Assembly: GCA_040389305.1 (NCBI GenBank)
Contig: JAZKAD010000018.1
Span: forward strand, 12,920 to 55,269
Source of the DNA: Pseudomonadota bacterium
Lineage (GTDB): Bacteria; Pseudomonadota; Alphaproteobacteria; Rickettsiales; Rickettsiaceae
Direction of reading: 5' to 3'
DNA length: 42,350 nt
Position 1 is the stretch's first letter. Every line of letters starts with the position of its first letter. Positions 1 to 10,300 of this stretch are shown here, in pieces. The position numbers were made by a program, and so were the translations under genes. The notes below the pieces were generated by a model, which saw only the letters and a list, made by a program, of their open reading frames with translations, searched no databases and had not been told where the DNA came from.

Positions 1-78
1 GTGGCATAAGCCATAAAGACAAAGTTCCCACACCATATTATACCTGTTAGTAAAGGTGGCAGAGATAATATAAGTAAT

Positions 79-990
79 ATGCAGCTATATCCATTAAGAC
101 TCATGCCTCATAACACAAACTTTGATTTTATGAGGATAAAAAATATTAATTATACAATTTCTGTGGCTTTATCGGTCATAAGTATCGTAGCACTCATATT
201 ATTTAAGCTCAACTTTGGTATCGATTTTGCAGGCGGAATTAGCATTGAAGCTCGCATCAACCAAAAGCCAGACTTGCAAAAAATGCGTGAGGTTTTAGGG
301 CATCTCAATATAGGAGAAGTTGTACTTCAAAGCTTTGGAAGCGAAAATGATCTTTCTATTAAAGTCGGTAGCTCTAGCGCTGAAGGTGATATGCAAAAAA
401 ATATTGAGCTTATCAAAGACGCCATAAAATCAAATTTCCCATATGAAGTTGATTACCGTACAGTAGATTTTGTAGGACCACAAGTAGGTACGCAGCTGAT
501 TACAGCTGGGGCTCAAGCTATGCTCTTATCCTTTTTAGCAATTATGATATATATTTGGATAAGGTTTGAATGGCAATTTGGTCTTGGGGTTTTGATAGCA
601 TTAGTACATGACACAATAATGACCCTTGGATTCATGAGCATTACAGGTCTAGACTTCACCCTAAGCAGCATAGCAGCTCTTTTGACTGTTATAGGATATT
701 CGGTGAATGATTCAGTAGTGATTTATGACCGCATTAGAGAAAATTTACGCAAATATCGTCAAAAAACTACGGATGATATAATTAACTTAAGCGTCAATGA
801 AACCCTCTCTCGCACGACGCTGACAGTATTGACAGTGCTACTTTCGAACTTCGCTCTTATCATATGGGGAGGTGAAGCCCTTAGGAGCTTTAGTATTACA
901 GTATTTTTTGGTATCGTAGCTGGGACTTATTCTTCAATTTTTATCTCAGCCCCCATACTCACCGTATTTAAACTAGATAAGTTTAAATAA
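79..990 (+). CDS. secF: Protein translocase subunit SecF
   Basis: The 303-aa ORF has an N-terminal TM segment followed by FGIDFAGG. Its polytopic C-terminal half contains [17 protein letters not shown], which is typical of SecF. Confidence 0.9.
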   Translation: MQLYPLRLMPHNTNFDFMRIKNINYTISVALSVISIVALILFKLNFGIDFAGGISIEARINQKPDLQKMREVLGHLNIGEVVLQSFGSENDLSIKVGSSSAEGDMQKNIELIKDAIKSNFPYEVDYRTVDFVGPQVGTQLITAGAQAMLLSFLAIMIYIWIRFEWQFGLGVLIALVHDTIMTLGFMSITGLDFTLSSIAALLTVIGYSVNDSVVIYDRIRENLRKYRQKTTDDIINLSVNETLSRTTLTVLTVLLSNFALIIWGGEALRSFSITVFFGIVAGTYSSIFISAPILTVFKLDKFK

Positions 991-1025
991 TATATAGCCT
1001 TCACTTTCGAGTATTCTGCGCAAGG

Positions 1026-1055
1026 AATGATAGAAAGAGGTAATGATAGAAAGAG
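1026..1055. repeat. Tandem direct repeat: aatgatagaaagag occurs twice with a 16-bp period
   Basis: Read directly: 1026-1039 and 1042-1055 are identical 14-mers separated by gt. The repeat lies in the convergent secF/purC spacer and abuts the purC stop. Confidence 0.8.
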
Positions 1056-1056
1056 A

Positions 1057-1818
1057 TTATGAAATCCTAAATCTCTTTGCTATCTCCTTATACACCTCTA
1101 TACCATTTTGAGGATTCGTTGCTATTGATTCAAAATCAAAACGCTCGTTACTTTCAATATCCCACAGCCTGCAGGTGTCTGGGGTTATTTCATCTGCTAA
1201 CATAAATACGAAAGATTCTCCATCAAAAACCCTGCCAAACTCCAAGTGGCATTCTACCATACGGATACCGACACCTGCAAACAACCCCGTTAAAAAAGCA
1301 CCAGCTCTAAAAGCTTCTATTTTTAGCTGCTTGACTTCATCTTCTGTCATCCATCCAAAATTGACTAACTGTCGCTCATTCATGACTGCTCCAGGATGCT
1401 CTTTATACTTCAGTCTAAAGTCAATCATGGGGCTATCAAAAACATATCCTTCTTCAACCCCAAGCTCTGTGACATAACGACCCGCAGAAATGTTCGAAAT
1501 ACATACCTGCACAGGCACTATGTCTAAGAGCTGCACGCGTTGTTCGCGCATGTTTATCTTTTCTAGAAAGTGATTTTCTATCCCAGAAATATCCATACTT
1601 TCCATAATAAACGCTGAGATCTTATTGTTTAAGACGCCTTTACCAGAGATTTGAATAATCTCTTTATTTGGTAATTTAAAATCATCTTTAAAAAATTGAA
1701 TTAGAGAATATTCTTCCTCTCCTTCATAAAGAATTTTACTAGATCCTTCATATAATTTTTCCTTAGATCTGATGTCTATTGGCTCCATACTTATACTCCG
1801 CTCGTTTTTCGAATGCAT
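1057..1818 (-). CDS. purC: SAICAR synthase-like protein (divergent PurC)
   Basis: The KLYEGSSKILYEG N-terminus, ISGKGVLNNKIS and the overall length match the PurC pattern, but several conserved blocks are altered. The real start may be the Met at 1788 (MEPIDIR...). Confidence 0.7.
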   Translation of the reverse strand: MHSKNERSISMEPIDIRSKEKLYEGSSKILYEGEEEYSLIQFFKDDFKLPNKEIIQISGKGVLNNKISAFIMESMDISGIENHFLEKINMREQRVQLLDIVPVQVCISNISAGRYVTELGVEEGYVFDSPMIDFRLKYKEHPGAVMNERQLVNFGWMTEDEVKQLKIEAFRAGAFLTGLFAGVGIRMVECHLEFGRVFDGESFVFMLADEITPDTCRLWDIESNERFDFESIATNPQNGIEVYKEIAKRFRIS

Positions 1819-2242
1819 CTAGCATCATGCTTTGCGCCTTGCTAAATAATTTATTCATTAAGCCGCCTAATAATAAAGATTTAAACTCAAAATCCAATGA
1901 AAATTCTACTATGGTACCATCATTATCTTCTTGGAAGCGCCATATAGTATCAAGATATTCGAAAGGCCCATCAAGGGCTTTAACTTCTATCCCCAAGACT
2001 CCTTCTAAATTGTTTGTTACAATCGAAGAACTATAACTTTCAGAAAACGCAGAAACTGCAACAGTAAGCTCCGCAATAAGTGGATCTTTTGAGATAATTC
2101 TACTGCTTATACAATAAGGCAAAAATTCGTGATAGGAGTCTATATCCAGCACTAAATCAAACAGCTCTCTTGATGAATAGGGCAATTTTTTAATACTATT
2201 GATAAGAGGCATAGCTTCGGTTAGACAAATTTCTTGTATCAA
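1763..2242 (-). CDS. ratA: SRPBCC/START-fold protein, RatA / COQ10 family
   Basis: The 159-aa ORF contains YSSRELFDLVLDIDSYHEFLPYC, which matches the RatA/COQ10 polyketide-cyclase-like family. The start may be an internal Met. Confidence 0.7.
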   Translation of the reverse strand: MIQEICLTEAMPLINSIKKLPYSSRELFDLVLDIDSYHEFLPYCISSRIISKDPLIAELTVAVSAFSESYSSSIVTNNLEGVLGIEVKALDGPFEYLDTIWRFQEDNDGTIVEFSLDFEFKSLLLGGLMNKLFSKAQSMMLDAFEKRAEYKYGANRHQI

Positions 2243-2370
2243 GGATATATCATCTATAAGGTAAGCACTATCAAAACATGAGGTAGGATAATCGCTATCA
2301 TCTCTTATGTAAGGTCTTGTGTCTCATCGCGGCCCAGTCACCTTGTCCTAATATTGGCAAAAACCAGCTC

Positions 2371-3042
2371 CTATCCCTTAAACCCAGTGGCTACTAAATA
2401 CATCTCTTTACTGTCAGCTCTACTGGACTGCGGTTTGAAATGCTTCACTACAGCAAATTGTTGCTTAACTTTTGCAAGAAGTTCATGCTCCGTGCCGCCA
2501 CGCAAAATTTTGGCAACGAAACTTCCCCCGGGCTTTAAGACATCAATCGCGAAGCTAAAACTATGTTCGCATAGATCAATTATTCTAAGGTGATCAGTTG
2601 TAGAATGACCCGTAGTATTCGCGGCCATATCGCTCATCACCACATCAGCTTTATCACCTAGCATTTCTATTATCTTGCCTGGAGTTTCTGCGTCATAAAA
2701 ATCCATTTGAGCCATAGACACTCCGGAAATAGGTTCTATTTCCAGCAAATCAATCGCAACTACCGCACCTGAACTACCTACGTGCTTTGCGGCAATTTGA
2801 CTCCACCCCCCTGGCGCCGCCCCTAGATCAATGACTTTCATGCCCTTGCTAAAAAGACGAAATTTATCATTTATCTCGATCATTTTATAAGCCGCACGGG
2901 ATCTATACCCATCGAGCTTTGCTTGAATGACATAAGGATCATTTAGCTGCCTTGTGAGCCATTGATGAGAAGAATGCTTTCTTGCTCCGGGCTTCAGCCT
3001 TGTTGCTTTATTGCGGAATTGATTATTTGTCAATGACGTCAC
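2371..3042 (-). CDS. rlmE: 23S rRNA (uridine-2'-O)-methyltransferase RlmE/FtsJ
   Basis: The motifs [33 protein letters not shown] and [13 protein letters not shown] are present. Confidence 0.9.
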   Translation of the reverse strand: MTSLTNNQFRNKATRLKPGARKHSSHQWLTRQLNDPYVIQAKLDGYRSRAAYKMIEINDKFRLFSKGMKVIDLGAAPGGWSQIAAKHVGSSGAVVAIDLLEIEPISGVSMAQMDFYDAETPGKIIEMLGDKADVVMSDMAANTTGHSTTDHLRIIDLCEHSFSFAIDVLKPGGSFVAKILRGGTEHELLAKVKQQFAVVKHFKPQSSRADSKEMYLVATGFKG

Positions 3043-3529
3043 CCCTTAAAGATATACTTATCTTATCAAGAATGGAATTAACGAAAGCAACTTCATTTGC
3101 TTTAAGCATATCGCTAGCGATATCCGTGAACTCATTAATAATAACTTTGTAGGGCACTTCCGGAAAGAACTTAAGCTCGCAGATAGCAGCTCTTAGAACT
3201 GCCATAAGCGTAGTATGCAAATGTTCGACAGTCCAGCCTGCGCCCATATTTGCTTCGATCATAGTATCTATAACTTTTAAATGATCTAGAGCATAATTTA
3301 TAAGCGTAGTAAAGTAATTGATATTTAGCTTGATTTTAAGGCTACCTGATGCCTCCAAATCAAGATCATCGTGTACCTCGAGGTCGGTATCTGCATAATA
3401 TGTCACAATACCTTGTATTAGTTCATTTACGCTTTGCTCATCCCCATTGATTTGGTATTGATACAAAGCTTGTACTGTAGCTATGCGAGCAATAGTTTTG
3501 GTACTTATTTTATTCATCTGCCGTTCCAT
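3023..3529 (-). CDS. nusB: Transcription antitermination factor NusB
   Basis: [14 protein letters not shown] near the N-terminus and the 168-aa length fit NusB. The gene overlaps the rlmE start by 20 nt. Confidence 0.85.
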   Translation of the reverse strand: MERQMNKISTKTIARIATVQALYQYQINGDEQSVNELIQGIVTYYADTDLEVHDDLDLEASGSLKIKLNINYFTTLINYALDHLKVIDTMIEANMGAGWTVEHLHTTLMAVLRAAICELKFFPEVPYKVIINEFTDIASDMLKANEVAFVNSILDKISISLRGDVIDK

Positions 3530-3690
3530 AAAAATATCAGAACCAACATAGCAACAAATTTGATTTAGTAAATTACCTATTACTCAATTCGTACTTTTTG
3601 TCAATCTCGGTCAATGCGTACAAAAAAACCTCCGTCGTTGCATGCATAGTAAATTTATGAGATAATATCATTCTATATTCCGCTCATAGG

Positions 3691-4734
3691 ATGCATCGTA
3701 TGCTTAGCTTAATAGGATTTATTATAGTTCTTGGCGTCATCGTATTTATACATGAATTTGGACATTACTACGCTGCTATACGATGCGGGGTGAAGGTCGA
3801 AACATTTTCTATTGGTTTTGGGAAAAAATTATGGAGCAGAATAGACTCAAAAGGAACAGAATGGCAAGTTTGCGCAGTTCCCTTTGGAGGTTTTATCAAA
3901 ATGGAGGGAGATAGAAGTTCAAATGTCTCATCCCGCCATCCCAGCTCCTTTCAAAAACAAAACCTAGCAAAAAGACTGATTATTGTCGCTGCAGGTCCTT
4001 TAGCAAATTTTCTTCTAGCTATTACGATTCTTGCGGGATTTTATTACCAAAATGGCGTCAAAGCAGAGCCGGCCATAATATCCGAGGTGATAGCTGAATC
4101 TCCTGCCGGAGCAGCAAAACTCCAAATGGGAGATAAAATCCTTAAAGTCGATGGGATTGATATATCTAATTTTTCTGAGTTTAGGCAAATTATTGCGTCT
4201 CACCCAGATCAATCTCTGACATTGCTTCTTCAGCGTGGAGAGGACATAGTCTCTTTAAAGATCACGCCTCAATTATCCAAAGAACAAACCGGCTTTATAG
4301 GAGTCAAAGCCTCGACTATAGCCACAAGAACAGAGCTTGGTATCTTGGCTAGCATAAGCTTAGCGACGCATGACGTCTTAAGAACCTCACATATAATACT
4401 CAAGGCATTGGGGCAGATTGTAACAGGCACAAGATCTATGGACCAAATAGGGGGTGCATTAAGTATAGCGAAGGAGTCGGGGAAATCTATGGAGGAGGGA
4501 TCTGCTTCGCTTCTTTTATTCATCGCATTTATCTCGATAAACATTGGCCTTATGAATTTGATACCCCTTCCCCTACTTGATGGAGGTTATATACTTTTGA
4601 TGCTGTTTGAGGCCGCAATAGCTAGAAGGATTTCAGAAAAAGTAGAGCGCATCTATTATAAACTTGGCCTAGGAAGTCTGATTTTTCTTGTTGTAATTTC
4701 CACCTCAAATGATATAAAAAGTTTGTTACTTTAG
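3691..4734 (+). CDS. rseP: RIP zinc metalloprotease RseP (site-2 protease)
   Basis: The HEFGHY zinc motif sits in the first TM segment. A central PDZ-like segment and a C-terminal NLIPLPLLDGG motif are also present. Confidence 0.85.
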   Translation: MHRMLSLIGFIIVLGVIVFIHEFGHYYAAIRCGVKVETFSIGFGKKLWSRIDSKGTEWQVCAVPFGGFIKMEGDRSSNVSSRHPSSFQKQNLAKRLIIVAAGPLANFLLAITILAGFYYQNGVKAEPAIISEVIAESPAGAAKLQMGDKILKVDGIDISNFSEFRQIIASHPDQSLTLLLQRGEDIVSLKITPQLSKEQTGFIGVKASTIATRTELGILASISLATHDVLRTSHIILKALGQIVTGTRSMDQIGGALSIAKESGKSMEEGSASLLLFIAFISINIGLMNLIPLPLLDGGYILLMLFEAAIARRISEKVERIYYKLGLGSLIFLVVISTSNDIKSLLL

Positions 4735-4748
4735 TTATGTGGTGATTG

Positions 4749-7049
4749 ATGCGTAAAATTTTTCGTTTGACTATACTTGCTTCTAGCATGATTACTTCGC
4801 ATGTTGCTTTGGCCGATGCGATAAAGCATATCACTATTGCGGGCAATAAACGCATTGAAACCTCGACTGTACAAAATTACTTAGGGCTGCACATAGGAGA
4901 TGAATGCTCCGTCACCAACCAAAACAAAGCCATCAAAAACCTCTACGCTACGTCAATGTTTGAAAATATTAATGTGCATTGCGCTAATGGCACTTTATTT
5001 GTTAATGTACAAGAATCTCCTTTTATTACAAAAATTGAGCTTAGGGGAAATAATAAAATTAAGACTTCTACCATCACAAAAGAGCTTATGACGCATGCAG
5101 GTGAATCTTTGAGCAAAGCAAAATTGCAGCATGATACCGATAAAATTTTAGAGATGTACAAAAAATCTGGAAGGTTTTCAGTAGCTGCAGAGCCTGTAAT
5201 AGAAGACCTAGGGCAAGGTAGAGTCAGGGTGATATTCGATATTAGCGAAGGCCCTAAAGCTTCTATAAGACGCATCTATTTCGCTGGCAATAACAATTAT
5301 CGTTCAAATGAGCTAGGCTCTATAATTCTGACCAAAGAAACGGCTTGGTGGAAGTTTATGGATACGAACGATACTTACGATCCAGATAGAATGGAATACG
5401 ATAAAGAGCTACTTAAAAATTTCTATCAATCAGTAGGATTTGCTGATGTCAGAATTATTTCAGCTACAGCAGAACTATCTCCAAACAAAGAATATTTCAC
5501 CGCGACATACTCTATAGATGAGGGCGAAAAATATAAATTTGGCGAGATCGCTGTTGATAACAAAATCAGCGATATTAATACTGAGCAAGTTAAAAAACTC
5601 ATTACAGTGCGTAAAGGTCAGACCTTCGATATGTCTGCGTTAGATAAAATTGCGGATAAAATATCAGAAGAAATGAATAATATGGGCTATCCACAGGTAT
5701 CCGTTTCTCCGGAGCTTAAAAAAGATGCCACGACCAGTATAGCAGACGTAGTTTTCGTGGTGGAAAGGGCAGATAAAGCATTTATAAACAAAATCAATAT
5801 CTCTGGAAATACCAAAACCTCAGAAGAGGTTATTAGAAGGGAGTTCAGTATACAAGAAGGCGATGTATTTAATAGATCGCGCATCGAAAAAGGCGAACGT
5901 AATTTGCGCAACCTAGACTATTTTGATAGCAAAATCGGAATTACCTCGACTCCCACTAATAAACCTGGAAAATATGATATAAATGTTGCAGTTGCTGAAA
6001 AATCTACGGCGGCAATAGATTTCGGCCTAGGATACAACACTTCGGAAGGGCCCTTTGGCAATCTTTCCTTTAATGAGCGTAACTTCCTTGGTAAAGGGCA
6101 ATATTTGTTTGCCTCTACTCATAGAGCTCAAAAGCACACAAGTTATACTTTAGGCCTAACCGACCCTCATTTTATGGGCAAAGATCTGTCTCTAGGTGGA
6201 CAAGTATTTAACAATAAAAGCGGCAAGAGTGGGCGCTCTTGGGGAGAAGATGGCCAACCTTACTCTCTAGATACTATTGGGGCAAAAACTTCCCTAGGAT
6301 ACAACCTAGCCGAAGATTTGACGCATGACATCGATTACACTATCAAAAATGATAAACTAACCGTAGAGCAACGTACGGCCTCTGTCTTTGTCGCAGAAGA
6401 GGCGGGTAAATTCACTACCTCCGCTATTGGCCATACCATAACTTATGATCGCGCCGATAATAGAATTGTTCCTAAAAATGGGTATATTCTTTCTGGATCA
6501 CAGGCATATGCAGGGGTTGGAGGAAATAATCACTTCCTTAAACACGATATTGATGCTAGGTTTTTTAAATCTTTCGTAAACAACAAAGTAACATTAAAAT
6601 GTGGTGGAGAGGTTGGAGACATCAGGGGTACTGGTGGGCATAGAGTACGTATCTCCGATAAATTCCAAATCGGTGGCCGTAACTTACGAGGCTTTGCCCC
6701 ATCAGGTATTGGTCCAAGAGATAAGCGCACTCGCGAAGCTTTGGGTGGATTGAACTATTACACCGGAAGTGCAGAACTTAATTTCCCAGTGGGCCTTCCC
6801 GAAGAAATGAATTTTACAGGCGCGGTATTCGCGGATATGGGCTCTCTTTGGGGGATGGATATTAGAAAGGATAGTCTATATACCAAAAATGATGTCTACA
6901 ACAGTAAAAAACTACGTACTTCTGCTGGTATAGGCTTCATCTGGATCACCAGAATCGCCCCTATCAGGATCTATTGGGGACAAGCTCTCAATAGACAGCG
7001 TTATGATGAGCAACAGCATTTCTTGATCAGTATGTCCACGAATATTTAG
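4749..7049 (+). CDS. bamA: Outer membrane protein assembly factor BamA (Omp85)
   Basis: The protein is about 766 aa with a signal peptide, repeated POTRA-like segments and a C-terminal beta-barrel region. It follows rseP, as in many proteobacteria. The ATG at 4749 is preferred over the TTG at 4746. Confidence 0.9.
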   Translation: MRKIFRLTILASSMITSHVALADAIKHITIAGNKRIETSTVQNYLGLHIGDECSVTNQNKAIKNLYATSMFENINVHCANGTLFVNVQESPFITKIELRGNNKIKTSTITKELMTHAGESLSKAKLQHDTDKILEMYKKSGRFSVAAEPVIEDLGQGRVRVIFDISEGPKASIRRIYFAGNNNYRSNELGSIILTKETAWWKFMDTNDTYDPDRMEYDKELLKNFYQSVGFADVRIISATAELSPNKEYFTATYSIDEGEKYKFGEIAVDNKISDINTEQVKKLITVRKGQTFDMSALDKIADKISEEMNNMGYPQVSVSPELKKDATTSIADVVFVVERADKAFINKINISGNTKTSEEVIRREFSIQEGDVFNRSRIEKGERNLRNLDYFDSKIGITSTPTNKPGKYDINVAVAEKSTAAIDFGLGYNTSEGPFGNLSFNERNFLGKGQYLFASTHRAQKHTSYTLGLTDPHFMGKDLSLGGQVFNNKSGKSGRSWGEDGQPYSLDTIGAKTSLGYNLAEDLTHDIDYTIKNDKLTVEQRTASVFVAEEAGKFTTSAIGHTITYDRADNRIVPKNGYILSGSQAYAGVGGNNHFLKHDIDARFFKSFVNNKVTLKCGGEVGDIRGTGGHRVRISDKFQIGGRNLRGFAPSGIGPRDKRTREALGGLNYYTGSAELNFPVGLPEEMNFTGAVFADMGSLWGMDIRKDSLYTKNDVYNSKKLRTSAGIGFIWITRIAPIRIYWGQALNRQRYDEQQHFLISMSTNI

Positions 7050-7107
7050 AAAGAAATATAGCTGCTAATGTCATTCTAATCAAATACAAACTTCCGGCTT
7101 CTTAACT

Positions 7108-7138
7108 CGCCCTCCAACAAAGACGGAGGGCGTTTTTT
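7108..7138 (+). terminator. Rho-independent terminator after bamA
   Basis: An 8-bp GC-rich stem pairs cgccctcc (7108-7115) with ggagggcg (7125-7132). The loop is 9 nt and is followed by tttttt (7133-7138). Confidence 0.7.
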
Positions 7139-7320
7139 CCTTGTGCCATAGCAGCTTTGAAGACTAGAACCCCAGGTCTTAGAAGTATAGGGGTGATTTA
7201 AGAAGGGAATTTGGTATAAATACAAAACAACCTTATTTCATATAGCATACATATAGAGTTTTTTTTGTTCTTCTGCATAAACCTCTATATTCTAGCTGAT
7301 CATATATTCGCCTTAAAAGA

Positions 7321-10300
7321 ATGAGCTTCGTCCGAATTCTACCATTTTTTATTTTATTAATGCTCTCTTTGTCTGGCTGCAATGGAGATAAATGCATCGA
7401 TGCTGACGATTTTGGCTTTCCGAGATTTACAGTATCTGCAAGATACAATAAAGATGCCGTACCTACGGAGTTATTTGGCACAGAGGATAATCAGGTTGGA
7501 GCCTGGAGGGATAGTGGTTACGTCGTCAATGGCCGCCCTCTCACTATTGTCGTTAAAAATTGGCGGAGGGATAGAGATGATAATGCCCCAGGAGATCTTT
7601 CTGCTTGGTGCCCATGGTATGGAGATGATGATCAAGCTCATACTTTAGGTAATTTTTCTGTGCGCTTCCCTGCATGCGCGTGGTCAAGCGGGTCTTCTTG
7701 CACAACAACTACATCCGCACAAATTAATAATGCCCCATGTATTATGAAAAAGGGTATGGGGCTATACGCTCTTATTGCAAAGCCGAGTAAAGACCCTAAC
7801 GCGAATCAGGAAACTATAGGCACCCCTCCAACCGAAAACTTTGTCGTGTTTCATCTCGGAGATAAGCATGCGAACTACAACTTGTATAACAATATACTAC
7901 AACCAGGTCAGATCAGTGAAGCTATAAATGGTAGCGTTGTATCAACCTCCACGCAGAGTACGGATACTACGACACCCACTACTAATAGCAATACTAGCTC
8001 CTCTGCAAGTGGTGCGGTTGGCGGTACGATTGGCGAAGGTCGTGGTAATCTTGGTAATGATACAGATCCCGCTATGCAAGTAATATCCTCTGCTAACACC
8101 CCATCCTCTACCGAAACTCCAGAGCCTGCTGGGGGTATAGTATATAAATATGAAGGCGTTAACGTAGATGAATTTAAGAATGGTAAGTTATATTTTAAAA
8201 TTTTAGATTCTTTTTACGAGGATAATGCCGGGCAGTATATAGTAATTATAAAATCAGGAGTGCAGACAGAAAATCCAGATCCCGTAACTTTTGTCACGAA
8301 TCTTATCAACAAGAGTCTATTTGGAAGCTCAGATGATCAAGGGAAAATTGGCACTATCAGAGGAATATACGAAGGTATTATTACAAACCCAGGTTATAGA
8401 CTAACCGTGTCCGCCGTATTATCTATGTACGTCATATTCTTTGGAATAAATTTTTTAATAGGCACTATACAAATCACTCATACGGATCTTATAATACGCA
8501 TAGTTAAAATAGCAATTGTTAGCGCCTTGCTCAACCCCGATGTTGGTTGGCGATTTTTTAACGATAATTTGTTCGTATTTTTCACCTCTGGCGTGGACTA
8601 CATCATAGATCAAATTCGCGTTGCTTCCGCGGTCGGCCCTGCAGCTGGCGGCGCTTTAAGCTTACTCGTTGCCCCGCAGCTCATATCAAAACTTCTTGCC
8701 CTCCTCTTTACCTCCTGGCATGGATTTCTATACATCCTACTTTACGTTGTGGCTTTGATATTTTTTGTGTTCGCAACGATACAAAGCCTCATGATATATG
8801 CGAGCAGCATGATTATGATGGGAATGATTATAGTAATGGCGCCAATTTTTATATGCTTCATGCTTTTTGATATAACAAAATCTTTATTCGAAAATTGGTT
8901 AAAGCAATTGATATTTTATTCTATGAATATGATTATCATCACAGCTATTATGGCCTTTATGGGAGTGCAGGTTCAGCACACTATATATGCCAATTTAGGA
9001 TTTAAAGTTTGCCGACAAGATTTTCCAGATATGGGTCCTTTATTTCAAATGGTCAAAATAGACGATTCATTTCCGCGCTCCATTTTCTCTTGGTGGTTTC
9101 CTTCCCCGAAGACACAGGCTGAATTTAGTAAAACACAAATCATGATACCAGTCCCAGAAGATCATACTCTATCTGACGGAACATTTTGTCCAGCTTATGG
9201 TTGTAACGCCAAGAGGTATTACGACCTCCCATTTTTAGATCCAAAAAATCCGCAAGATATGTATAGAATCAAGAACTTCTTTGATGGAGAATTTACTCAA
9301 TTTTATGGCTTATTTTACTTAGTAATATTGGTTTATCTACTCAATAAATTCAATGCCTCTGCCGTGCAAATAGCAGGATCGCTTGCAAATACCAGTGGTT
9401 CTCATGCAAGCGTTACGCATGCAGCATCAGAGGCCGATGCTACTGTGCATCACAAAATAGCTGAGCTGCGGCAATCTGTTAGCAGTAAAATCCAAGAAAA
9501 AACTGGTATACGCGCATTAAAAACGAAAATGGGCCTTGATCAAATCAGCATTGAAAATTTGTACCGCGGCGCTGTCAGGGGAGTCGCTAATGCCGTAAGC
9601 TCGAATGAAAAAACCGAAAAAGGTGAAAGCACACGAGGGAGCGTTTCTCAATTTCTGCATGAAAAACGTCATGGATCAGAAGCGTCTCTTAGTAATAAAG
9701 ATGCTTATCAATCCGTAGTAGACAGAGTAAAACGAAATCATGGAATAGACAGATCTAAGCTGAATAAAAACGCTTCAACCGACTATAACACTAGACTTGA
9801 AGAGACTTTGCAAAAAACCCTTGGAAAAACCAAGGCAGAATCAGAAACGCTCATGCAAAAACATGGTTCTACTCAAGAAGTTTTGTCTCATGCAAAACAT
9901 AGTAAATCGTTTGATAAACTATCTAAAGCAGAACAACAAGGCGTCACTACTCTTATGAAAAAACCAGGCGCTAATGGAAAGTCATTGAAAGGCCTTGAAG
10001 TAGAAGTACGCCAGCTTCGTGAATTTCAGGAGAAATATAAACAAGAATATAATTCCATGTCAAATGATGAGATAGGCACTCATAAAGTAGCAGATCTTGC
10101 TGATCCTAAAAAAGCTCGTGCTTATAAAGAGAAGCAACATGCTATCACGCGGAAGCAGCAAGCGTATCAGCAGAAGTTGCGCGATGAGTATAAAAAAGCA
10201 TCTCGCTCGAAATTTACTAACGGAGATTGGATGACTGATGTCGCGGGCGCGGGATATGGAGCTTTGTTTACTGCAGTCACTGGCAAAAGCCTAAGAGACG

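Noticed and set aside
1175-1477. I noticed many ORFs of 60-170 aa lying antisense to, or out of frame within, strongly recognisable genes. Examples are 1175-1477, 1779-2036, 2354-2593, 4015-4212, 4269-4544, 4943-5275, 7908-8099, 11975-12184, 13107-13625, 14065-14262, 15095-15461, 17080-17412, 17954-18214, 24483-25171, 25602-25796, 28354-28539, 29507-29926, 31547-31927, 33177-34287, 34478-34729, 37444-37740 and 39726-40087.
   Set aside because: Each lies inside a longer gene with clear family motifs. Their translations are low-complexity or Cys/Ser/Leu-rich in the manner of shadow ORFs, and none has its own spacer or RBS context.
7233-7481. An 82-aa minus-strand ORF spans the start of the VirB6-like gene.
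   Set aside because: It overlaps the signal-peptide and lipobox region of the much longer plus-strand gene and extends into its promoter region. It has no motif and no RBS.
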